The translations under genes were made by a program, and so were the position numbers. The notes below the pieces were generated by a model that ran no database searches, was not told the DNA's origin, and saw only the letters and a list, made by a program, of their open reading frames with translations. DNA of 64,000 nt from Glycera tridactyla (taxonomy: Eukaryota): the NCBI GenBank assembly GCA_965644265.1, contig OZ286463.1:56916001-56980000 (forward strand), written 5' to 3'. Below, piece by piece: positions 27,301-40,698 of the stretch (within the stretch, counting starts at the first letter, position 1; the number at the start of each line of letters is the position of its first letter).

Positions 27301-28089
27301 AGAAATTCCTAGCTTTTGTTCACTAACATTTCATGATGTGATTGGCTCACAACCAAAAACCATGAAAACTCCCCTGGAGGCATTTTTTGTAGACCAGGCA
27401 AGCCTCAAAAGTTGCCAACTGGTCACAGGTGGATTTGAACTTAGCAGCAATTCTCGGATCAAACTGGAATACAAATATTCAAATTTCCACTTGGTTGGCT
27501 ATAGAAAACAAGTTGAAAAGTTGGCTTTCAAGTTTCTCAACAGAAATTAAATGTTGGTTATAAATTTTTCTTAGAAGCTGAACTATTTCCCAAGTAATCA
27601 TATCTGGAGAATAGGTTGAGGATTTTGTTTGGATACTTTCTCTCTGTTTTTGGGGGGTTTCCAACTTCACAAATCAATCAGAAATGAAATTGGCTGAGAG
27701 AATAAAACATTTATGAACTAGAATTTCAGTGAGGCACCTCCTCACTCAATATGTCTCCCCCAGACATTGCAATTATTCACTACCCGCATACATGCCTGGG
27801 TCCACCTGCTTGCTTATTCATCTTCAAGTGAGCATGCGCACTGAAAAGCTAGACATTATTGGTAGACAACTATCCTTTGAGTGACCAATGATGTAGTATA
27901 CCTAGTCAAGATTATGAAAGTGTGTCCTGGGTATGAGGTGTACTGGGGTAGAGGGGGGGGGGGGGGGTCTTATTGTGTAGGATTTGTCCTCGAGAATATG
28001 CCTAGGCATCAGAGGAGTTCAGTTGAATTTGGGTCAGGGGTTTGAGTGGAATCTTGCTGACAAGGGAAGCTCTTGATCAGTGACCCAGG

Positions 28090-28620
28090 AAACTAGAACA
28101 ATTCACCAAGTAAACAATTCACCAAGTGAGATTTATCCATATTCCCAAATTCTGAAAATAGCTCCTGTGACCTTGACCTTTGACCTTTTGGCACCATACC
28201 AGTGTATCACCACTGAGATGGCAACCCCAAAATCTTGCCATAGCCTGGGAATGTCTGTACAACAAGTTTGTCAGAGCCACCCCTGTAATTTATGAAGTGA
28301 TTGTCCAGAAACTCTTTTGACCTTTTTTCCATTAAGCAACCTTGAAATTGAAGATGGCCACTGAAAAATCGATGGGTGTGTTGCCATAGTCTGAGAGGCT
28401 GTACACCAAGTTTCAGAAGGCTACCCCCGAAACTCATGAAGTTATTGTCCAGAAACCATTTTGCACTCAGTGACCTTGAATCCAAGATGTAAATCCATAG
28501 TCTAGGAAAGGAGTTACACAAAGTTTGAGACAGCTAGCCCTGAAATTCATGAAGTAATTGTCCGGAAACCATCATTTCTTCCACCCACCCAACCAACAGG
28601 GGGATGGGGGTAGCCATAAC
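28090..28620 (+). mobile_element. HINE/pearl-like element, 5' part with three diverged core repeats
   Basis: AAACTAGA start; gaccttgacctttgacc motif; aagttt...atgaagt.attgtcc(a/g)gaaac repeated three times. Confidence 0.55.
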
Positions 28621-28949
28621 TCTCAAATCTAACAGCAATTGGATACCAATATCACAAGCATGGTAGCCATGGGGTATTCNNNNNNNNNNNNNNNNNNNNN
28701 NNNNNNNNNNNNNNNNNNNNNNNNNNNNNNNNNNNNNNNNNNNNNNNNNNNNNNNNNNNNNNNNNNNNNNNNNNNNNNNNNNNNNNNNNNNNNNNNNNNN
28801 NNNNNNNNNNNNNNNNNNNNNNNNNNNNNNNNNNNNNNNNNNGGGGCTTTTGATTGAGGAGAGAGGGGAGATGAAATCAACGAGAAGTCATTGAAGCATG
28901 ACCAAGGAGCATTGTATGACCGGAAGAATCTTACATAACCATTAATGGA

Positions 28950-29164
28950 GAGGCAACAGAAGTAGTTCATTTTGGGAAGGTCACAATAGAGACTGAGTTT
29001 AATTAAGGTTGGTACCTCTTTGGTGAAATTTTGGTGAAATTTAGGCCTCTGGTGATCTTGAAAATTATATCACATGGACCAAAATCTAATCAGTTCATAT
29101 GCCCGCCAAATTTCATCCAATTCAGATGAGTCGTTTTGCTGCAATCGTGCTCACAAGGTTTTGT

Positions 29165-29195
<31 letters not shown>

Positions 29196-29243
29196 GGACA
29201 ATACGAATTCTATATGTCTCCCCCATCAGGGGGGAGACATAAT
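28950..29243 (+). mobile_element. HINE/pearl-like element 3' end
   Basis: accaaaatctaatcagttc core, (GACA)n/GACG microsatellite at 29165-29199, and 12-bp-stem hairpin TATGTCTCCCCC-ATCAG-GGGGGAGACATA (29213-29241). The 5' end probably lies in the gap. Confidence 0.75.
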
Positions 29244-29491
29244 TCTAGTACTTGTGTAGGTATATACTACTTCCACTGACATAACAAGAGAATTCAGTTT
29301 GAAATTCCACAACACCAAGTAAGATTTGCATAGATCCATAATAAAACGGTTGTATCTGCTTAAGAGACCACCTCTCTATAAAGGCCACCTGCCTATAAAG
29401 GTTACACCATGCTGCAACTGTGATAGTATTCTTAACAGTAAATTAAAAACTCCGCAGCATCACGTAAGATTTCCATAGATCTATGATAATG

Positions 29492-29593
29492 CAGTTGAAC
29501 CTGCTTGAGATACCACCTCTCTATAAAAGCTACCTGCCTATAAAGCCAATTTTTTATGCTATCAAATGTAAACTTTATAGACAGGTTTGACTG
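29492..29593 (+). mobile_element. Internally deleted family B MITE (a partial B also lies at 29349-29445)
   Basis: CAGTTGAACCTG...CAGGTTTGACTG|ta; 102 bp. Confidence 0.75.
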
Positions 29594-30394
29594 TACAAGT
29601 AAATAAATCCACCTATCATTATGATCCAAGCCACATCCATCAAACTCGAACAAGCCGATTCATCAAGGAATGTGATTAACACAACATCTGGGTACAACAC
29701 ATTTCTTTCTTACTGACTCATAAAATATATCTCCTTCAAATGTGGCAAGACATCAAATTAGATGTTTTCATGTTTTCAGTTGTCACATTAGCAATGATAT
29801 CCAGATGTCCCACTGACAACATCTCTCTCTTTTTTTTAATCCACACACACACTGCTCCCATAGTGGAGATGTATTGATGAATGAAACAGAATAAATCACG
29901 ATGAACGAAACAGAATAAATCACGGTAAGTATCCACCTATCGATCTTATCCACTTTATTGTAAAAGATGACCACCAACTAGAGGAGCGAGACACAAAGTG
30001 AAGGCAGTAAGGACACATCTACGGGGCATCCCCATCATCCCCATGTGTGGTGGTCACCTCCATATAGAGTTGCTAAATATTCAATAGACACCCAATCACA
30101 GTAAGGCTTGGCACTATCAGATGCAGTGCCAACTGTACGCGGAAATCAACTTTAGTTCTGTTGTATACCTTCCAGATATTTGTCATTACTCGGAAGTTCC
30201 AACCTTCCCCACCCCCTTATCTGTCACCATCTTGAGAATTTGTCAGTTTGGTGTGAAATCCACCAAATTACACTCATGGACCTTCGACAAAAGACCACTC
30301 TTTGATTACTGACCACCTGCAGAGGTGCCAATCTCTGTGATGAACAATATCAATCTATAACCAATGCCAATTTCCAGAGGTAATTTTCACAGTA

Positions 30395-30570
30395 CAGTGA
30401 AACCTGCGATGAGAGACCCCCGACGAGAGACCACCTCCAATGGGAGACCACTTTTCCAGGACAGCTTTTCTATTTGACATAGTCAAATATACCTCTGACG
30501 AGAGACGACCTCTTATGAGAGACTGCTTTATGGTGACATTCAGGACGGTCTCTCGTCGCAGGTTTCACTG
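30395..30570 (+). mobile_element. Family A MITE (complete, 176 bp), followed across one TA by a diverged B-like element
   Basis: ta|CAGTGAAACCTGCGA...TCGCAGGTTTCACTG|ta|caatcgaacttgcttgagagaccacc. Confidence 0.93.
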
Positions 30571-32032
30571 TACAATCGAACTTGCTTGAGAGACCACCCC
30601 CTAACAAACACCATCTGCCTACATGGGATCTTCTGTTTTTAATCAGAAGTATATCACCGATGAAAGTGTCTCAAGAAGGTTGTCCCTTGACAGAGGTTGG
30701 TATTATTGGCAAAGGTACGTAAAAGGTATGCAAAGTGCCCCTGCCAAAAATCCCCTCACCCCATTTTACGATTCAGCTGGTTGTAATCCCATCATTGTTA
30801 TTTAACTACAGTGATGTCAATGGGATGAAGCTAAATTTTTGGTAATGTTCTAAACACTCCCAACCAGATTTTAGCAATTACTGAGATCGATATTGCTTAC
30901 CCCATTTTCAGATTTCCGAAAATTTACAGAAAATTGGCACCACTATAAGTAAATCTATAATCTATAAGTGAGGATCTAACAAAAACATCGGGATCACAGT
31001 CGCCATTAGCTTTGAATAATGGAAGCAGTTGCATTCTCGAAAGCTCGCTTGACGAACTTTTTATTGCAGTGTGTATTCGTTTAATCTTCTTCCATGAAGA
31101 ACAAAAACATCCTTTTCACAGAGAATCTGATCTGATGGATGTATTTTTGTTTTTAGACTCACAGTCTGTATCTGTAAAACAGACACATTGAATCCAGAAT
31201 ATACTTTCCTCCCCCCCCCCCCCCACACACACATTTCCAAGGCATCAACCCCATGTTCACTTTGTGAACTCACACACTATACATTTTCACACCTCCAAAC
31301 ATGACTTTTTTCACAGATTAGGACCAGTAACACACTGCAAGCAACAACAACAACACTCAACATAAACTTTTTCTTTAATATTTATAGATGAAAACAACCT
31401 AGGAGTCAGGATACTATGCTATCCATTGTTCTGCAGAGTCCTTGGTTACCAGAACCTCGTGAATCCACTTCAGCAAAGAAGCTCATGCATGGGTGACTTT
31501 CACCCATTGCATGAGCAGGACAGATTTATTAGCTATAATTTTGCCTGAAGAAGGACTCGTACAGGTCCGAAAACTGCTCGCGACAAAGCTATTAACACTA
31601 CACTGTCCCTGTTCTTATGCAAATACAAATGGGTGTGAAGTGAAATCTGGTGTAAGGATATTTTCTAGCGGTGGGGTTGGGGATGCTGAAATATGTCAAG
31701 AGGCACATTCAATTTGATGTATTGATAGTCAACCCTCAGTGCTGTATAGCAAAAGGTATCTGTGCATACCCAAGGGGTCTCCACAAATTTTATGCTTAGA
31801 CATGTACTTGTTTGTTTCACAGGAAATATATGTAGGGTTTCTCATCTTGAAATTAGCCATTGGATGATGCACATCATTGTGGGTGCACCTTCTCTTTTAT
31901 TTCTTTTCTTCAACCATATTTTGTCTGTATGTATGTTTTGTTCCTGTTTTTTGTCTGTACTCAACTTGAAAGAAAGCCTTCAAACGTTCCATGTATTATA
32001 AATTTGAATGAAATATTGAATACAAATACATG

Positions 32033-32184
32033 CAGGGCGAGATGAGATGGCTACCAACCTGCCCAGGGCAGGTGAAATTTTCTGGTGGGCAGATGGAAAA
32101 TGATCATAAATGACATGCATAAATAAGCAGGGCAGGTTGATTTCCCAGGTGGGCAGGTAAATTATCTTGATGCTTCTTGCCCTG
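32033..32184. mobile_element. 152-bp CAGGGC MITE with 5-bp TSD ACATG; related diverged copy near 51928-52095
   Basis: TIR CAGGGCGAGA / TCTTGCCCTG; ACATG on both sides; internal GGGCAGGT repeats. Confidence 0.85.
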
Positions 32185-33036
32185 ACATGGCTGGAGTAGC
32201 TGTTGCAATTACACAGGCCAAAGTCTCACAATACCAAATGAGAATTGCTCAGAATCAAAAAGCTAGTGTTCGACATAATATATGATTTCTTGTTACTGTA
32301 TTTACCTGAAAGATATTAATAACAAACATGAGATAAGAATTTAGCTAATTTGAGTTGCACACCTGCATGTATAGCAACTAAGACATAGGGAAAAATGTTA
32401 GACCACAAAATGAGACTAGATTCTACAGACGGGCATTCCATTTGTAGAATGTATGACCCCTCCCCTGAAAGGTTAGCTATTCACTTGCTGCCAGACTGTG
32501 TCACACTTTCTTTGCTAGGGTGATGGTGCCCTTACTTGGACAATGGCCAAGTAGTTAACGGACCAGATATCTTTTCAAACATGCTAGAACTCCATCCAAG
32601 GTATAAACCACACTGTCTTAGGGTTTTTTCATCTACATTATAATGATCACAGAGGCTACTTCTGTAGAGTCACGCTACTGAGGCAGCTACGGCCATAATG
32701 ATTGAGGTGAGAAAATGCATTTGGGGATGCTGCATGAAATCAGGGTACTGTTCATATCTCGTAGGTGGAGACAGGGCCATGAACTCAGGGATACTGTTCA
32801 CGATATCTCATGGCTGAAGACAGGGCCGCAAACAACAGATACAAGGTCATTGCATGTGATGAATATGTGGGCTGCATGACCTTAGGATATACTATATAAT
32901 GTTCTTGACACTGACACTAGGGTGAAGCACCCAACCAATCCAGCAAAACCTTCATTCAATAGTCATAGTTCTCATTGGACAACAATTTTGGATACCATAA
33001 TTATTTCCAGAAAATTGGCAACACTTGAAATATATA

Positions 33037-33292
33037 CAGTTGAACCTGTTCATAAAGGCCACCTTCAGTTGCATTGAAAAGTGGCCTTTGTATGCAGATG
33101 GCCTTTATAGAGGTCACATACTGTTGGAATTACTATCATGGTCGCAGGTAGGGGTGGCTTTCATAGGCAGGGAAATTTCATGTAGAGGCTGTTTCTCAAG
33201 CAGGTCTGATTGTACCTCAATGAGAGACCACCTCTATTGTAAGATCAGTTTTTATTGGCATTTAGAGATGTCTCTCACAGCAGGTTCCACTG
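33037..33292. mobile_element. Family B MITE (33037-33212) followed by the right half of a family A MITE
   Basis: gaaatata|ta-CAGTTGAACC...CAGGTCTGATTG|ta|cctcaatgagagaccacct...CAGGTTCCACTG|ta. Confidence 0.8.
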
Positions 33293-33935
33293 TATCAAAA
33301 CTCAGCCATGAGCTTATATCCAGCAATATGTCAAAGAATGTTCTGACTGACTTACAGCATGCACTGTTCAGTGTTAGACGGTACTAACCCACAGCCAGAG
33401 TAGGTATGTATGATTCATATAACATCCACCAGATGGCACAATGTGCAACGCTCTGAAAAGTGACATCTGTACACAAGCATTGCGGGCACTTCCAAATCAC
33501 TACTAAAGCTTGTATATGGGTATTATCCAACCATCCAACATATGAGATAATAAAACATGGATATCCCATCAAATAAGCCTCAGGAATATCCCTCAGTCAT
33601 GTCCTAGTGCGCTCAACACATCCACGAATCTTATGGACCATGTGATAATGTACCCAGTTAGCACACCTTTTCTGGATGACTTTCACTGAGCACTCCATTG
33701 CTTGGCAGTGAGTTTGCATTCTCAAGGCACAAAAAGTTTGCTCATGGCACAAAGAGGTAGGTGGAATGTGCCTCAAAGGCACATTTTTTTCAAGTATTAC
33801 CCCTGACGCAGCAATCAGATGAATCTATTCCTAACACTGAATTTTACTGTGGGCTATGATGAGTTTTCATGGGTTATTTAAACACATAGATTTTAGTGAC
33901 GGCGGTATAGATTTTATCAGATATCGGACAGTCTC

Positions 33936-34116
33936 CAGTCAAACCTGCTTGAGACCACCTCTTTGCAAAAAGGCCACAAACATAAAGTAAAGACCACTTT
34001 GGGTGGTGACAACAATATCAATTTGTTCAGGAACTACCTCTCTACAAACTGTCTAAAAGGACCTGTCTAAAAGGACCACTTTTTATGAGACCAAGGGTGC
34101 TCTATTTTTATTTGTC
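33936..34116 (+). mobile_element. Diverged family B MITE abutting a C copy
   Basis: CAGTCAAACCTG start and GACCAC repeats; the right end is replaced by the C element. Confidence 0.6.
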
Positions 34117-34118
34117 TA

Positions 34119-34294
34119 CAGTGAAACCTGCTTGAGAGTAATCCTGCGCTAGGCAAAATCCTGTTTTAAGCACATACCCCACGGTCTTCCCGGATGTTTT
34201 TTCTCACTATAATTGTCCTGCGCTAAGCAAAATCCTGTCTTAAGTGAAAGAAAAATTTGGTCCCGTGACTTTTCACTTAAGACAGGTTTTACTG
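34119..34294 (+). mobile_element. Family C MITE
   Basis: ta|CAGTGAAACCTG...CAGGTTTTACTG|ta; collinear with 15860. Confidence 0.92.
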
Positions 34295-34824
34295 TATAAT
34301 GTACATAGAATACATACAATTACTCAGAAAGGACTCTAATTCATTTGACAAATCATATGATCTGTAGATTTGGCAGTTACATGAGTGATAAATGGAGAGA
34401 TAAAGTGCGTATGAAGTGTCCATATGGAGAGTGGGTGGAGTATTGACACTCTAACCCAACGATGTCAACATCTTTTGATATCTCATAAACTGTTATAACA
34501 CACCAAGCTAATATACAAGTGACATGGCACGTAAAGCAAAATATGTAGAAAATTGTATGGAATGGCAGACAGGCATGTATACAACCAAACCACTTCTCAC
34601 TTGGCGCAGAGTGGTTGCATAAGAGAGGTGGTTATAGGGGGATTGGTTTGGTTTGGTTGGGGTTTGAAGATATGTATCAGCCCGGAATGATTTATGTATG
34701 CCATGCATTCCTGATCTGTGAAAGTTGGATACTCTGTCCTCAGCAGGCAACACTCTCACAAACCCAGAGCACAATATGATGGGGCACCTGGAGAGTATTC
34801 TGACAGACTCTACCAACCCTGATA

Positions 34825-35227
34825 CAGTCAAACCTGCGATGAGGCACTGCCACAAATGTCACAAAAAAGCGGTCTCTCAAAAAGAGGTGGTCTTTTGTCA
34901 GAGGCATATCTGCCAGTCGAATAAGGACACTGCCCTGGAAAAGTGGTCTCCCATTTGAGGTGGACTCCCATCCAGGGCTCTACGCTAAGGGTTGCCCTAC
35001 TGGCACAGGCAGGCAGATTTGATGTTGGGGCAGGTGATTTCATCAGTCTGCCTGCCCTATGGGCAGGTAACTAACCATTATTGAGGCTATGATTATATGG
35101 AGGAGGGCAGGTTAACATGATAGTTAGGGCAGGTGAAAATCACACTCTACCTGCCCGAAGGACAGCTCAAGAGAAAAGTTAACGTAGAGCCCTGCCATCA
35201 GGGGATTTCTCATTGCAGCTTTCACTG
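34825..35227 (-). mobile_element. Family A MITE interrupted by the 34973-35194 element
   Basis: ta|CAGTCAAACCTG...CAGCTTTCACTG|ta; the A consensus is restored by removing the insert plus one CCATC. Confidence 0.85.
34973..35194. mobile_element. 222-bp CAGGGCTCTAC MITE with perfect 5-bp TSD CCATC
   Basis: 16-bp TIR CAGGGCTCTACGCTAA / TTAACGTAGAGCCCTG; CCATC on both sides; GGGCAGGT repeats. Confidence 0.92.
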
Positions 35228-35775
35228 TAAAACCCAAACTCAGCTGGACATCTTCCAAGGCTTGGATTCGTATGCCAAAGTCTCTGAGCAGATTGAGCAT
35301 TCAGAATGTGTGATAAATGTTCTTGGAATACGTCTACCAATGCACCCCAATAATTCATTAAATTCAGATAAATGATTGGACATCTCAGAAAGTTTAAGTT
35401 GATGATTGTGAGAAAGCATTGGGCATGTTGAGAATTTGCAGAATATTTCCAGGAGAACAAGCGATAAAACACAGTCTGCCAGACCTGGAATAATCCTAAT
35501 AATTTTCTACAACATGGCTGGATTTCCAAAAAAGTGTATGGACCCTGAATATTGTAGAATGATGGATAAAGTCTTCCCACATGTACACAGAAATGGCCTA
35601 AGCATGCATTAAGTAAGACCCTTTCTCAAGCAATTATGTTGTAGTGATCCTGCTGGAGTATTTTCACTTTGACTAATCTTTACTAAGTATGCACCTGTTC
35701 TATGCATGCACATGGTGTCTTCCCTAGGCAGCATGCCCACAACATGTTTGGTAGTAATAATTGACATTCTTTTAA

Positions 35776-36017
35776 CAGGGATGTGATGGCTCACAAACAA
35801 AAACCCTGAAAACCTGACTGGAGGCACTTTTCACCTAGACTTTGAGACCAAGAAATCCCAACATCTACTAACTAATGGCTACTTTACTTGTACATACACA
35901 CTGCTCCAACTCCACTACTTCTGGTCCGATTCTCATGATCTAAAATTCTAAATAATCAGCATAGAATGACTTTTTCCACCATGTGCATGGATAGCTGCAT
36001 TTCTGATCAAAAACCCG
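35776..36017. mobile_element. Family F copy (right TIR decayed)
   Basis: CAGGGATGTGATGGCTCAC start; core ttctggtccgattctcatgatctaaaatt as in 13475 and 49599. Confidence 0.7.
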
Positions 36018-36339
36018 GAAATTTGCACACATACACACACACACACACACACACATGCCCCATTAGATCCATGCCCCAATGTTTGTTTTGTCTAATGTTC
36101 ACACCACTACATGAGCACTATAACACCTGGTGGCCTAAATAAGAAACCTGGATGGTGTCTCCCACTTCCATATGTGCAGTGAAATTCGAGTCTCTCTCTC
36201 TCTAATGAGACACCACCTGTCTTGTGAGACCAACTTCCATGATCCCTTTCTCAAATTGACAATCAAATAAACCTCTGATGAGAGGCTACCTCTTTTGTAA
36301 GACCAGCCATTGATGCAGGGATAATTTTATGCTGTGCCC

Positions 36340-36480
36340 TGTGGCAAATGGCACATAAAGTTGTGAAAGGGTACATTAAACCATATATCTTGTGCACAGA
36401 AGGCACATGGAATTTTCCATACTTTGATATGATTACATGGTTTGAGCCACACAGAAATCCGAAATGGCACATGAAATATG
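36340..36480. repeat. Unclassified GGCACA-rich interspersed repeat; similar pieces near 33730-33790 and 60490-60600
   Basis: Recurrent ggcacataaa...aaaggcaca...tgtgc...aaggcaca pattern. Confidence 0.4.
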
Positions 36481-37204
36481 CATCAATGAGCCCAAAAGAC
36501 CCATACATACTCCCGAGCAAGAAAATCCCTGCATTTAGGTCAGTCTCCCATAGCATGTTTGATAGTACTACTGTATAGTGAAACCTGCAAAAAAATGTAA
36601 CCTGACTGAAGATCAACCTCTGATGCTGGACCACTACTTTTGGGTGGCTTTGATATTAGAAAAAGGCATTTAAAAATATCTCAGAATGGTTACACCAAAT
36701 ACTTTCAGAATTAGCACCATATTTTCACTGATTTGTGAGGCATGATGGCCCCTTGATACCTTGAAAAGAGGCCCACACTCAATGTGGTTGATATACCAAG
36801 CTTTCCTCTGCCAAGCCACCCTGTCGATAATTACAATATGAAAATCAGCAACCAGTGATTAGACATGTAAATGGTTAGGGGAGAATTAAGTCAAATACCG
36901 TTGAAAGTGAAAGGGTGTATGTTGGCAAAACCTGGGCCAATGGAGCAGGTTGATCATGAACTTTGACCCAGTTGGCTGGGTCACTGGAAGGTACTTTACG
37001 TCAACATCCACAAACATCCATCCAACATATTTGTTCATATCTATTCAGAAACATACAGTTTTTATATCCAGCATCTTATATTACCAGTGAATTCTTTATT
37101 CAGTCCGTAGATATATACTAGACCTTTAACCGATGATAAATCAACCAGACCAATACACTTTTCATCATTCGAGAAACTTTTAGTAATAGTAATAACAACA
37201 CTCA

Positions 37205-37359
37205 CAATTAGACCTGAGACAAGTAAATGTCACCTAAAAGTGGTCTGTCAAAAGAGGTGGTCTCTTGTTGGAGGTACATTTGACTATGTCAAATAGCAAA
37301 GCTGCCCTGAAGATGCGGTCCCCGGTCGGAGATGGTCTCTCATCATGCAGGTTTCACAG
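37205..37359 (-). mobile_element. Family A MITE (diverged)
   Basis: atttgactatgtcaaat centre; ends CAGGTTTCACAG|ta. Confidence 0.8.
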
Positions 37360-38577
37360 TACAACAAGAACAAATTCACATTCGTACTACAGTGAAACCT
37401 GAGACAAGAGACCGCAATGATAGTCACCAAAGAGTGGTTGTTCGAATGAGCTGGTTATTCAGTCCTTTACAACCATACCTGCAGCCAGCAACCACCTTCC
37501 TTGAGGAACCAAATTTCTAGGAATTTAAGGTGTTTGCTTTTTTGCAGGTCCAATTGGTTGAAAGACAGTATTAACGTAACAAGGGTGTACCTTCAGCTCA
37601 GACTCCGATGCATTTCACCATGAGGATACACCTATCAAGCTAATGATAAAATGGTTGAATATAACCACTATTCTTCCCATAACTAAACTCTGAAGAAAGG
37701 GAGAANNNNNNNNNNNNNNNNNNNNNNNNNNNNNNNNNNNNNNNNNNNNNNNNNNNNNNNNNNNNNNNNNNNNNNNNNNNNNNNNNNNNNNNNNNNNNNN
37801 NNNNNNNNNNNNNNNNNNNNNNNNNNNNNNNNNNNNNNNNNNNNNNNNNNNNNNNNNNNNNNNNNNNNNNNNNNNNNNNNNNNNNNNNNNNNNNNNNNNN
37901 NNNNNNNNNNNNNNNNNNNNNNNNNNNNNNNNNNNNNNNNNNNNNNNAGGAAATGAATTCCAGACTAACAGAATCATCCCAGCTGACAATGGTGCTAACC
38001 ACACAATACCCACCTCAAGATGTGTGACATGTGTGTGGTGGTATGCAGAAACCTCACAACCCCACCAGGATCCACCTACTGACTATATGTGTGTGTCGAC
38101 CAGAAAGGCATGAAACTGGATGGCTTTCACATCCTTTGGTTCCTACAATAAACATATGCTATATACTTGGCATGCCGTGAGTCAGTAACAGAGTTGGACC
38201 TGAGATGACCCCCCCCCGCCCCACCAAACCCCACCCCCATCCCAACTATCACCTGTGAGAGACCCCCCCCCCCCCCAGGTGGTGGCACAAGCCGCCCACC
38301 CCCATCCCAACTATCACCAGTATGGAGTCGAAAACAAATTTCAGGACACTATATCGCTACCCATGGGTAGCCAATGGCTACCAAATTCAACCTCTGGCTA
38401 CCATATTTTGAAGGTTAGTAGCAAAGATTTTGAGAGGTTGTTATTGACAATGTATTGACTGGTTACCGATACTTGACTATTGCTATAAAAAATATCGACT
38501 GAAAGCAGCCAAATTGCATATCTTCTTTTCATCACAACATGGATTTAGTAATTTCACAATTGAGAGAAATGTGTATG

Positions 38578-38741
38578 AAGTGAAACCTGTGAGAGACCAC
38601 CTCCAATGGGAGACCATTTCAGCAGGGCAGCTTCCTTATTTTACATACCATAGTAAAATACACCTATCACGAGTGACACCCTCTTTCGAGAGACCATTTT
38701 TTGGTAACATTTCGGGCTGCCTCTTGTCCCAAGTTTCACTG
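38578..38741 (+). mobile_element. Family A MITE (diverged)
   Basis: aAGTGAAACCTG...CAAGTTTCACTG; gagagaccacctccaatgggagacca. Confidence 0.8.
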
Positions 38742-39117
38742 CAGTTCACTTATATGATGAATGAGAAACACACTCCAACTGCGAAAACGTTCTCAGCAAT
38801 AAAACTGATGAATATGAGCAAGTGAAGTGTGAACTAAATGAGCAAGTGTGACATACCAGTCAAAAAAACAAGAACACATCCTTCATTGTCAATCATCTTC
38901 ACCAGTACATTGTGGCTGCCCACTGAGACCATATGGTCAATCTTGTGGTTTTGAGTGTCCTTCATGCATGGACTATGCTCCTCCATCCAAGGTGGACTTC
39001 CGGTTATGTCTAAGTGCCAGAAACACAGTTTGGAAACCTTTTTCATTGAAATTGATAGCAATATGCCTATTTTACAGACATCATTTCCAAATCCTGGAGA
39101 AAGTTCTGATTTTTCAT

Positions 39118-39437
39118 CGGTCAACCTTTCTCAAGAGAACACCTCTATACAAAGCCCACCTGTCTACAAATGCCACTCTTAGCACAGTATCAGTATTTTC
39201 TACCACACACTCTCTCTCTCTACAAAGGCCACCTGTCTACAAATGCCACTCTTAGCACAGTATCAGTATTTTCTACCACACACTCTCTCTCTCTACAAAG
39301 GCCACCTGCCTACAAATGCCACCCTGGGCACTGACTGCAATACAATTGTCAAATTCAAATTCTCCACAATGACCACCTCCCTATAAAGACTGCTGTTCAA
39401 TGCAAACAAGGGTGGTCTTTGAAAACTGATCCGACTG
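39118..39437 (+). mobile_element. Family B-like MITE expanded by a 73-bp internal tandem duplication (39151-39325)
   Basis: ccacctg recurs with its a at 39158, 39231 and 39304; ends gatccgactg|ta. Confidence 0.7.
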
Positions 39438-40359
39438 TATATCTGTCCTCAATTCGGACCCTAAGAATTGTTATTATGCTTATCCCATGTGTACATGAAA
39501 CCAATCAAATCAAATGCCATTCAACATAGAACATCATGACTATCACCAAAGACCCTTCCCCATCCCCCACCCCAATGATATATTGTTTGTATGCCTTAAG
39601 GCTGTTATAGGCATATCAGTTGGGCATGCATACAGTCATAAACTGTATGAAACCAATGCTATTTCTCTTATCTAGATTTATATTTTGGAAGTGTTCAAGC
39701 CATGCATCATGACAGAGTTTGTTTCGTCCTTCACAATATGACAATAAGCAAATTTGAATGTGAATCTCATTCGCTCAATAAAAGCTTTTGGCTGCTGGAT
39801 TTGAACCANNNNNNNNNNNNNNNNNNNNNNNNNNNNNNNNNNNNNNNNNNNNNNNNNNNNNNNNNNNNNNNNNNNNNNNNNNNNNNNNNNNNNNNNNNNN
39901 NNNNNNNNNNNNNNNNNNNNNNNNNNNNNNNNNNNNNNNNNNNNNNNNNNNNNNNNNNNNNNNNNNNNNNNNNNNNNNNNNNNNNNNNNTTTATTTTGCA
40001 CTATTTCCTCAACTTTGGATATATGTGCAATATTTTCATCATCAATGGAGATTCCCATCGTCTAATCAATGGGAGAGTGGACAATGCATCAATAGATCTA
40101 GAAATTGATGGGATGGGAATTGGTATCATTTTGGAAGTAGCCTGGTGTGAAGTAAATCAATGATGACAGCCAAGTGATTGGTTGTCTGAAGCTCACTCTG
40201 TGACAGGGTAAGAGGAACAAGTGTCAACATCACTCTGAATGTACATGATAATGTACTCATTTAGTGTTCATCCTCTGATATGGGCAAATTCACCACTCAG
40301 CAGAGACTGCAATCAATGAGAGAAAGTATTTCATAAGGTTGTCACTAACAACAGTAATA

Positions 40360-40537
40360 CAGTGAAACCTGTCTTGGGAGACCCCTCTTTTGAGAGACCA
40401 CCCTCTATTGGGAGACCACTCTTTATCGACTCTTCTGTATTTGACACAGTCAAATATACCTCTAATGAGAGACCGCCTGTCTTGAGAGACCACTTTTCCT
40501 TGGTGTTTGGGGCGGTCTCCCAAGACAGGTTTTACTG
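40360..40537 (+). mobile_element. Subfamily A2 MITE
   Basis: 24-bp TIR CAGTGAAACCTGTCTTGGGAGACC; TA flanks; about 90% identical to 43271. Confidence 0.93.
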
Positions 40538-40698
40538 TATAAGAAATGGCTGTATCAGACATACAGTTGATCCTGTTCTGAGCAGTCACTTGTCAGGAGT
40601 TCAAAAGGTGGTTGCTTAATTCCAGTGGCAGATCCAGGTGGTGGCACAAGCGGCCCACACCCCCCCCCCCCCCCTTTCAGCTAGACCATAACCTCTTT

